Source: Pseudomonadota bacterium (GTDB lineage: Bacteria; Bdellovibrionota; Bdellovibrionia; Bdellovibrionales; Bdellovibrionaceae). From it: a stretch of 64,000 nt of DNA. The notes beneath the pieces were generated by a model that made no database searches, had not been told where the DNA came from, and saw only the letters and a program-made list of their open reading frames with translations. Positions 56,703 through 64,000 of this stretch are shown in pieces. The first letter of the stretch is position 1. Every line of letters begins with the position of its first letter. Made by a program: the position numbers and the translations under genes. The DNA lies in the NCBI GenBank assembly GCA_041178425.1, contig JBEGVH010000014.1, forward strand, positions 64,001 to 128,000, written 5' to 3'.

Positions 56703-58652
56703 TTAAAAATAGTAATAAACACCAAGAGCACCTCTTGCCTCTGAGGACTCGGCGGTCTTGCTAAGTCGCGCTTCAAACAACCAACGATCATCCTTACCCG
56801 CCAAAAGGGTTTGCGCCAGGGCCCAAGTCAGTCGTTGGGTTTTTCGTGGCTCAAGAATAGCCTCATTGAGGCCCTCAAAAACAAAATTAGACTTTGGCGA
56901 AGTGGCCCATCGTAAACCTAACACCGGCCCCACACTCAAAAAGAGGTTCTCCGCTCTTGTCGATACCATTGTGTGACTCACCTTTCCCTGAAATAGAGTA
57001 TAAGCAATAAGGCCAGAAATCGGTGTCGATTCAAATTTATAAGTGGCTCCTACCGCCGATCTCAAAAAAGCAGGGGCACCCACGAGGGAAATTTCAGGTT
57101 CACGCTCCCATCCAAATGACACTCGCCAACTCGGACTCACATCCAAGCGATTGATTGGAGACAAAGACGTAATTCCAACCAGGTGAAACTTTTCTAACAA
57201 TAGATTTTTACTCAAAGCCCGATCATGAATCCAGCCGAGTGAGAAAAAATCAATCTGAGCGTAATCAGGATAGCCCGCAATTGGATCAAGAAAATCGTGA
57301 AGCGCAAATCGCCAAAAAAATTCAGTTCTCTCTTTTTCACTAATCCGCAGGCCTCCCCGTCCGGACGGATGGGCCTTATCAGGGGATACGTCTAAAGGTG
57401 CAATTATTTTAAGTGGCAAAGCCGCTGGCAATTCGCTCCGCTCTAGAAGCCAATTATTTTTTTCAACAACCCGAGAACCCGAACGTTCAAGTAAAAGCTC
57501 ATTAGCAAATTTGTAGTCGTAATAATCGAGACCAGCATCAAGAACTCGCGCAAGCTCCTGGGGGTTTAAGGTTCCCCGCCAAGACTGATCGTCGCCACGC
57601 CATTTGTTGAAACTTTTAAACTCTTCATCGGTGAGTAAAGAAACCCTCTCTTTCAACTGGCGATAAACCGAGGGCCGGTAAATAATGTTGTCGATCAATC
57701 CAGGCGTTTCCGACAGGGGCTTAATCGTCTCGCCAGGTATGATCCAAAATGGCAGTTTTTCGACTAAACTCAAACGTGGCGCTGCGACTTCGAGCAGCGT
57801 TAGCATGTGATAGGAACAGTTTTCGGTAATATAATAATAATCGAAGGTTGTAAACGAAAGCTCCCACAGATGATCAACGAGCCGCTCAACCTCTTGGTCG
57901 GTTAAGGCTAAATCATATTCCCAAAGATCTCTCGACTCGTAGTCGTTATATTCACGAACCTTGTAATAATAAGGAATAACCGTAAAGGTACCAGGAAAGC
58001 CTCCAGCCATTCCCAACACTGCATACAGAAAAGGATTCTTCGTCGTCGCATTGGCAGCGTAATTAACACCGATATCTAAAAGCTCGGTCGATTTTTCATT
58101 TCGTTCCGAATGTTTTTGCCGATTCAACCGCAACAGAGAGTGACCGAAGGTCGAAGAGGGGTTGTTCATATAATACGACGAAAAAACAAGTGTCACCGAG
58201 CGAGCACGAAGTCTTTGCACGAATTTTTTATATTCAGCACACTCACCATCAATCGAAAGATCTAAATCGAATCGGTTTTTGAGCTGTTCTTTGAGCCACT
58301 TCGCCCTTGCTGGAAACTGACAAAGTGCCGACAACTCCACTTTTTCTTGGGTCAGCGGCACGTGAAGAGTTCTTTTTTTTGGAGCTTGCAATGCAACCAG
58401 TGTGGCCTTGAGCTCATTCAGCGGCGAGCTCTTACCGTCGCTTGCTAAAAAAAATTGGGCGTCGTCGGCCTGACTTTCTGTATGATTACTAAAAAGGGGG
58501 TCTTTATAATGCAAAAGCCGATGCCAATAAGGATCTCTCGAAAGTGATTGCAATTGATTGGAACTGAGCTCGATGGAGAAGACATTAGCAGAGTAGCCGA
58601 AAAACAAACCGTAAATCAGAAAGCGCCAAACTATAAAAAACATAGAACGCAA
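56703..58652 (-). CDS. DUF4105 (Lnb N-terminal-like) Cys-His enzyme domain fused to a probable C-terminal outer-membrane barrel
   Basis: WHRLLHY, CQFPAR..WL, PSSTFGHSLLR, YNDYESRDLWEY, YYYITENCSY and YRPS motifs; RFALHDFLD; aromatic C-terminus YYYF. Confidence 0.9.
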   Translation of the reverse strand: MRSMFFIVWRFLIYGLFFGYSANVFSIELSSNQLQSLSRDPYWHRLLHYKDPLFSNHTESQADDAQFFLASDGKSSPLNELKATLVALQAPKKRTLHVPLTQEKVELSALCQFPARAKWLKEQLKNRFDLDLSIDGECAEYKKFVQRLRARSVTLVFSSYYMNNPSSTFGHSLLRLNRQKHSERNEKSTELLDIGVNYAANATTKNPFLYAVLGMAGGFPGTFTVIPYYYKVREYNDYESRDLWEYDLALTDQEVERLVDHLWELSFTTFDYYYITENCSYHMLTLLEVAAPRLSLVEKLPFWIIPGETIKPLSETPGLIDNIIYRPSVYRQLKERVSLLTDEEFKSFNKWRGDDQSWRGTLNPQELARVLDAGLDYYDYKFANELLLERSGSRVVEKNNWLLERSELPAALPLKIIAPLDVSPDKAHPSGRGGLRISEKERTEFFWRFALHDFLDPIAGYPDYAQIDFFSLGWIHDRALSKNLLLEKFHLVGITSLSPINRLDVSPSWRVSFGWEREPEISLVGAPAFLRSAVGATYKFESTPISGLIAYTLFQGKVSHTMVSTRAENLFLSVGPVLGLRWATSPKSNFVFEGLNEAILEPRKTQRLTWALAQTLLAGKDDRWLFEARLSKTAESSEARGALGVYYYF

Positions 58653-58698
58653 GACTACTTGATTTCATCTTGCTTTCCAAACAATTTCGAAATCCGAA

Positions 58699-59160
58699 TT
58701 AACCTTGGCAGCCTTCGCTTGCCGCTTGATTCGCCTTCAAAACAGATCGAACTTCTTTACTGATATGAGTAGAATCATTGGTGCCGTTTTGATAGATCTT
58801 CTTATAATTATTTTTCAAAAGACCATGAACTTTCATTGGATTTGAACAGTTCAAAACCTGTGTTAATCCTGTAAGAGTTTGTCCTTGTCCTCTCGCCATG
58901 TCATTCGCTAAGGCCTCAGGATTGGCCTCGATGTAATTTTCGAGCTTTGCAACTCCAGAAACTTCCACACAGTTTGACGTCCCAGAAGAAATTCCAAACG
59001 TCTGTGTATGAGAGGTACCATTGCTTGTGAAAGCAAAAATTTGATTTTCGTTACCAAACATTACATTACCAAGTCCGCACCCAGCAGGTCCAACCGGTTT
59101 TCGGGCATGGGCCAGAGAGGTAACAACAAGAGCAACAGCAACTAAAAATAATTTATTCAT
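58699..59160 (-). CDS. DUF3015 family secreted protein
   Basis: GPAGCGLG, TFGISSGTSNC and DMARGQGQTL motifs; signal peptide; AAGGAG SD. Confidence 0.92.
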   Translation of the reverse strand: MNKLFLVAVALVVTSLAHARKPVGPAGCGLGNVMFGNENQIFAFTSNGTSHTQTFGISSGTSNCVEVSGVAKLENYIEANPEALANDMARGQGQTLTGLTQVLNCSNPMKVHGLLKNNYKKIYQNGTNDSTHISKEVRSVLKANQAASEGCQG

Positions 59161-59176
59161 TTAATAACTCCTTCAA

Positions 59177-59686
59177 TTATGAATTCTGGCAATCTAATTT
59201 TTTGTTCTGTTCAATCACTTTCATGATCTGACGACTTGATTCATACGAATTTTCGTTTTTCATGAAAATCTCTGAGAAGTTTTGATGAATTACTTCTTCA
59301 AAGCCGGATTGATTGCGGCAGTTGAAAATGCCAGCCAAATCTTGTAGTGTTTCACCCTGGCCACGAGCTGCTTCTTTTTTTAACGTCTCTCTGTTGATTT
59401 CAATGTATGAAACAGCTTCCATACCCATCTCTGAGATGTCACAGTTCGAAGTACCAAAAGAAATACCAATAGCTTGATTGCTATAAATGTCATTTGAAGT
59501 GGCAGCAACGATCTGTATCATCCCTGGTTTGGCGCCAAAAATCACACTCCCAAGACCACATCCAGCGAGACCGTAACCTCCGCCGGTGAGTTGGTCGTGA
59601 ATTGACTTCTTTCTACCGTCCGCCATGCTCGCGCTACTGAACGCAGATACTAATAGTGCTGTCGCAATTAAAACCATTTTTTTCAT
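59177..59686 (-). CDS. DUF3015 family secreted protein (second paralogue)
   Basis: YGLAGCGLGS, GISFGTSNC and EAARGQGETL motifs. AAGGAG SD before ATG 59686. Confidence 0.92.
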   Translation of the reverse strand: MKKMVLIATALLVSAFSSASMADGRKKSIHDQLTGGGYGLAGCGLGSVIFGAKPGMIQIVAATSNDIYSNQAIGISFGTSNCDISEMGMEAVSYIEINRETLKKEAARGQGETLQDLAGIFNCRNQSGFEEVIHQNFSEIFMKNENSYESSRQIMKVIEQNKKLDCQNS

Positions 59687-59796
59687 TGAAGCTCCTTCTT
59701 CGCAGTGTTTTGGTTTTTTATTCGTAATGACTCTATAAGAGCAAAAAGGCGATACTCCGACAAGTTTTAAAAATTCCAGAACTAAAAATAGATAAA

Positions 59797-60708
59797 CTAA
59801 TTTAACCAGCCCGCACTCTCCCGAAAACATGCGCCACACTGGATGGCTCTCTCTATCAATTCAACAAACGGTTTTCTATTCTGCCCACCCTTCTTAAAAA
59901 GAAAATCGGTATGCCGGCCGTTCTCAATTTTTACGAACACCTTTGGCTCCGCGCATCTATCAAAAAGACGCTGACCCATCGAGTAACTCACAACCGGGTC
60001 AGCGGTTCCATGCACCACCAATATCGGTGTCGGCGATAGACTTTTTAGCTCCGATTCTGGCGACTGACTATTGTCGACGATTACCCAGGCCAGCGGTTGA
60101 AGCAGCCATGTGAGCCAATGCTTCGAGAGGGTGTCGGCGGCTACTCTCTTGTAATCCGAAAAGCTCGAATCAATCACAATCAAACGAAGCGATTTTTCTA
60201 GTTCGGTAGCCCTATTTGTTTTTTTTAATTCAACCAAAGACTTCATCGCAATGGCTCCTCCCAAACTTTGCCCAAAAACAATCAGCGGCACCTCAGGCTC
60301 TTGTTCGAGCATCCACTTTAAAGCCGCCAGACCGTCTTCGGTGGTCCCCATTGGCGAAGGCTCCCCTTTAGAGAGCCCATAACCCCTGTAATCGAAAATA
60401 AAATAATCAAATTGATGATGTAGCAGAAAGTAGAGACTTGCGAAGTGAGTTGAAATATTCTGAGCGTTTCCATGAAAAAAAAGAATTTTAGCCTTCGCTT
60501 TTTCCGGCTTCTTTTTTGAACTGTCATCGTGGCGAAAATACCAACCATGAAGCTTTACCCCATCCTTGGTTTCAAAAAAAATATCTTCAGGTTTCAATGG
60601 CAAGTGCTGAGGATCAGCGTATTGGTTCTGATGGGGGTAATAAAAAAAACTACTGCAGCCGCAAAGGCAAAAGAGAATCCAAATGATGATTAGCTTTATA
60701 AAACCCAA
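59797..60708 (-). CDS. Lipoprotein alpha/beta hydrolase
   Basis: Lipobox LCGC followed by SSFFYYP; FFHGNAQN, FDYRGYG, GQSLG, HGTAD and GRH motifs. Confidence 0.93.
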   Translation of the reverse strand: MGFIKLIIIWILFCLCGCSSFFYYPHQNQYADPQHLPLKPEDIFFETKDGVKLHGWYFRHDDSSKKKPEKAKAKILFFHGNAQNISTHFASLYFLLHHQFDYFIFDYRGYGLSKGEPSPMGTTEDGLAALKWMLEQEPEVPLIVFGQSLGGAIAMKSLVELKKTNRATELEKSLRLIVIDSSFSDYKRVAADTLSKHWLTWLLQPLAWVIVDNSQSPESELKSLSPTPILVVHGTADPVVSYSMGQRLFDRCAEPKVFVKIENGRHTDFLFKKGGQNRKPFVELIERAIQCGACFRESAGWLN

Positions 60709-60757
60709 ACAGTGACCTTTCGCTGAAAATAAAGCGACCCATCAAAAAAACATCATT

Positions 60758-61135
60758 TTAGATTGGGCTCGTTGAACATCGGCCCCATAGTTCTTTCAAC
60801 ACAGGTATGCGTGGATTAATTAGTTTTGAATTACCTTTTTCGGAATCGGTGCCATAAATAATCAATTCGAGATTATTGTCGGGACTCTCTTTTGACAGCC
60901 AAACATGAAGCACTTCATCTGAAGCACAAAACTCTTGAGTGATAGTTTCTAGTGACTCTCGCCCTTGAAAAACAATTTTTGCAAAATCGTCCGTCTTTCC
61001 GTTTCGCACCATCAAGTGAACATCGGCGAATGGGGCTCCGTACATGGAATAGGAGCAGTGATACTCTAGTTGCTCAATTGAAAAAGATTGAAAACAAAAC
61101 AAAAAAAGAAACACACCCACTAATCTGGCCGGCAT
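60758..61135 (-). CDS. Small secreted hypothetical protein
   Basis: Signal peptide, AAGGGG SD, Cys near both the N- and C-termini. Confidence 0.65.
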   Translation of the reverse strand: MPARLVGVFLFLFCFQSFSIEQLEYHCSYSMYGAPFADVHLMVRNGKTDDFAKIVFQGRESLETITQEFCASDEVLHVWLSKESPDNNLELIIYGTDSEKGNSKLINPRIPVLKELWGRCSTSPI

Positions 61136-61265
61136 TTCACACCCCCTTGTCCAGTTGTCTATTGAAGCAATAAAGTTAGTCTATTGTCACTTTGAGAAAC
61201 TGCGACAAAAGGTGTCGAAAAAGCGGCCTTCAAAATTATTTTTTGATCCACAGGCTCTGTCGAAC

Positions 61266-63068
61266 CTATTTCACCCAAATCCGATGAAGAGTATTGCTTC
61301 CGTAAGAACCCTGATAGTCGTCGCATTCCCATCGTGAACCAGCACCGCGAACAGCCCAATGATAATTATTCCCGCGATAAAATGGGAAAGCTGTCATCGC
61401 CTCATTACCTTGACTCGTCCAATATCCGTCAAGAGTCGGAGGTGTGTTTGCAGAGTGGCTAGTCAGAGTTGTGTAACTGGAATTGAGATTACTACAACTT
61501 TGGCTATTTCCTGTTTTGAAGTAGGTAGAGCAATTGGCGTCTGAGGTTTTGAAATGAACCACTCGAGCATGGTTGGATGTTTGACAATAAAATCGCATCG
61601 ATGAAAACAAGAGTCTATTCAGCAATGAGGGAGCCGCGTGCCCCCAGGTTGTGGTACTTGCTGACTCATCTGTTCCAAGGCTACTGAGACCGAGGCGCGG
61701 AAACACCGTCGTGCTGGGATTAGTTGCTGGGTTCGTATTGCCTGCATGAAGATAATTAAGAACGAGCGTCCAGCCACCTCCATCGGTGGTTTGATCGCAA
61801 TAGACAAGCACATCGCCCAGGCCATTAAGATTGATTGTGTAAAGTCCACTTGCGGTAAATCCACGCGATCGCCAATCAGCACAAGATGCAGGTATAATAC
61901 TGTATTGTATTAACACCGCACCAGAACCACCTCGCCCACCTGAAGTCCCTGCGATATTAGTATTCCATCGCGAACCACCGCCGCCGCCTCCGGTTCCATC
62001 AACGCCGATGGTGGCATCTAAACCATTAGTGGTTCCATCGTAATCATTTCCACCGTTACCACCACCACCAGTACCACCGCGACCATGGCGAGTACCAGAG
62101 GAATCAGTGTAGATCTGGCCACCACCTCCGCCAGCAAACCAACCCGAAGCTCCGACGCTGGTTCCAAAACGCGCGCTCATATCGATTCCTGCGCCGCCAT
62201 CGCCGCCACCATCAGAACCTCGAATGCCATCGGTGCCAGACTTCCAATTCCCACCAACAGCACCAGCTCCACCGCCTCCCGCAGAAGCATGATTGGGCGC
62301 AGAGCCCGCTGTATCGGGTTTGCCGGTTCCTCCTGTGCGACCATAAACAGTTGCCCCACTATAACTTACTTGCGTGGAAGAACCGCCCGATGCAGCGGGT
62401 GCGCTATTGGAGTGTGACCCGCCGCCACCCGATCCGCCGGAATTTCCGGCCTGCCCAGCAGCCGTCGATGCGTTTCTCGAACCACCCCCGCCTCCGCCTT
62501 TACCGGTATAGCCACTGAAAACTGAATCACTGCCGTTAGTACCATTAGTTCCGCCGGTATTCGATCCTGCTCCGCCACCACCCACTGTCACAGAGTAGGC
62601 CTGAGTGGATAAACCAACGCCAGGAATATAAACAACACCACCGCCTCCACCGCCGCCGCCGAAACGTCCACCACCGCCACCGCCCCCGACGACGAGAGCC
62701 TCAACATTTCCAGTTCCAGTGGTGACGGTAAAGGTTCCATTACTGGTAAACTTGTGTTGTTTAATTCCGTTTGTCGTCGCCTCAGTGCCACCACTGGCAG
62801 CAAAACAAAGCCCGATAGAGACACCTGACGGGGGTGAACCCGCAAAGGACGTCCATTCGCCCGAACTATTTGTTGGAATAAATATGGCGAGCCCACTGGC
62901 GTGATTATTGGCAACTGTTCGACAGGTTGCATACTCGGTGATTTGCCTAGTCTCACCAGCGATTACTTTATAAGAGGTCGCCGCACGAACCGATGGTTTT
63001 AAAAAGAGCACTACCATCGCAAATCCGAACCCAGCCAGGTAAAAGAAATTCTTGTAATTTTGCACCAC
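61266..63068 (-). CDS. Secreted glycine-rich domain plus fibrinogen-like domain protein
   Basis: AAGGAG SD with GTG 63068; HKFTSNGTF...LVVGGGGGGG...GGSGAVLIQY (glycine-rich domain); SC...SGLYTI...VYCDQTTDGGGWTLV. Confidence 0.85.
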   Translation of the reverse strand: MVQNYKNFFYLAGFGFAMVVLFLKPSVRAATSYKVIAGETRQITEYATCRTVANNHASGLAIFIPTNSSGEWTSFAGSPPSGVSIGLCFAASGGTEATTNGIKQHKFTSNGTFTVTTGTGNVEALVVGGGGGGGRFGGGGGGGGVVYIPGVGLSTQAYSVTVGGGGAGSNTGGTNGTNGSDSVFSGYTGKGGGGGGSRNASTAAGQAGNSGGSGGGGSHSNSAPAASGGSSTQVSYSGATVYGRTGGTGKPDTAGSAPNHASAGGGGAGAVGGNWKSGTDGIRGSDGGGDGGAGIDMSARFGTSVGASGWFAGGGGGQIYTDSSGTRHGRGGTGGGGNGGNDYDGTTNGLDATIGVDGTGGGGGGSRWNTNIAGTSGGRGGSGAVLIQYSIIPASCADWRSRGFTASGLYTINLNGLGDVLVYCDQTTDGGGWTLVLNYLHAGNTNPATNPSTTVFPRLGLSSLGTDESASTTTWGHAAPSLLNRLLFSSMRFYCQTSNHARVVHFKTSDANCSTYFKTGNSQSCSNLNSSYTTLTSHSANTPPTLDGYWTSQGNEAMTAFPFYRGNNYHWAVRGAGSRWECDDYQGSYGSNTLHRIWVK

Positions 63069-63299
63069 TTCATTCTCCTTGAAATGATCATTTCTTGCAA
63101 GAGCCATCTCTGAAGGCAGGCCATCTCCTTTCAAGGCCAGCAAGCCATCGGTCACCTCTAATCAATGCATTCCGCCTATTTATACCAGGACCTATTAACG
63201 GTTTTTTTACAAGGCCTTGCGCAGCTCCTCTTTGGGACTATTCTATTAGAGCTTCAGAATTTTAAAGAACTTTTTGAGTCTCAATTTTTAGGGGGATCT

Positions 63300-64000
63300 A
63301 TGCCTAGGGTTCAAATGTGTGAAGTAATCATTTCTTGGCTTGTCTTTTTTGCGTTAGCCTCTCCTCGGTTCGCATCCGCCATTAACCGTGACACACTTGA
63401 AAATAACGCAGATTTAGCCAATCAAACACTCTCCCTTTCTTCGTTGGCCATCGAAAATAAAGATCTTGTCATCGCGGCTGATCAAACTGTTGAGATAGAT
63501 GCGAGCGTCAATATTGAAAAACTGACTGTTTTGGGAACCCTCCTCTGCCCGGATCATGGAAACTTTACGATTCGTACAACCGGCCTCTCTGTTTCGGGTA
63601 AAAACGGCGCCTTCATTTGCGGAAGTGAATCAAACAGATTTCGGGGCCAGCTCAAAATCGCTCTCAAACCAGGACGTTATGAAAATATTCACGGTGTTAA
63701 TAGCGATCGTAATTTCTTGGTAATGAATGGCGGAAAAATTCTTCTGTTTGGTGATTCGAAAAATTCAAGGTGGTTGCACCTAAACCGAAATATTTCGGAG
63801 GGTGAGCGGCAAATTGAACTCTCTGAATCGGTCCCATGGACCCCAGGGGACCAAATAGTTATTGCACCAAGCAGCTACAACCCTTCACAGGGTGAAATGG
63901 CCATTGTAAGTCAAGTGTCTGTCGACCAAAGAATTTTGACTCTCCGTGACCCCCTCAAATTTTCACACTTTGGCGATATTCAAAGATTCGAAGGTAGAAA
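63300..64000 (+). CDS. Secreted G8 domain protein (CEMIP/TMEM2/fibrocystin-like), N-terminal part; runs off the window edge
   Basis: Manually translated and open to the end of the window: LTVLGTLLC, FICGSESNRFRG, VMNGGKILLFG, WTPGDQIVIAPS...LTLRDPLKFSHFG. GGGGGA SD. Confidence 0.85.
   Translation, partial: MPRVQMCEVIISWLVFFALASPRFASAINRDTLENNADLANQTLSLSSLAIENKDLVIAADQTVEIDASVNIEKLTVLGTLLCPDHGNFTIRTTGLSVSGKNGAFICGSESNRFRGQLKIALKPGRYENIHGVNSDRNFLVMNGGKILLFGDSKNSRWLHLNRNISEGERQIELSESVPWTPGDQIVIAPSSYNPSQGEMAIVSQVSVDQRILTLRDPLKFSHFGDIQRFEGR

Noticed and set aside
59687..59839. N-terminal extension of the DUF3015 ORF overlapping the hydrolase
   Set aside because: A strong AAGGAG SD and a signal peptide begin at 59686.
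61920..62700. ccgccacc-type repeats as a tandem repeat or CRISPR array
   Set aside because: They are glycine codons of the glycine-rich domain. There is no fixed repeat-spacer periodicity and no cas gene.

Overview
A gene-dense bacterial chromosomal segment of moderate GC. It is most likely from a Bdellovibrionota predator (inference from the VAFQNC-type lipoprotein, GYF+PilZ proteins, many lineage-type secreted proteins and hydrolases). It holds a housekeeping core (ffh-rpsP-khpA-rimM-trmD-SPOUT MTase-rplS-rnhB-yraN-NFACT; prfC; ldh-yfgM-bamB), nutrient-scavenging genes (aminopeptidase, endonuclease I, OPT, DAACS, Na/Pi and ABC transporters) and many uncharacterised envelope or secreted proteins. 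I see no rRNA, tRNA, CRISPR array, transposase or prophage. The best candidates for undescribed biology are five. (1) A co-directional cluster of a lipoprotein alpha/beta-hydrolase, two DUF3015 paralogues with a lipobox-like (L/P)AGC cysteine, and a DUF4105/Lnb-type Cys-His enzyme fused to a probable outer-membrane barrel (56.7-60.7 kb). (2) A 1129-aa secreted protein with an aerolysin-like Ser/Thr beta-hairpin. (3) A CHAP/NlpC-like enzyme with His replaced by Asp, coupled to a small partner gene. (4) A TPR-like lipoprotein paired with a TraF-like barrel. (5) A multi-hairpin leader in front of an amphipathic secreted protein. All family calls come from reading motifs by eye; no database searches were run.
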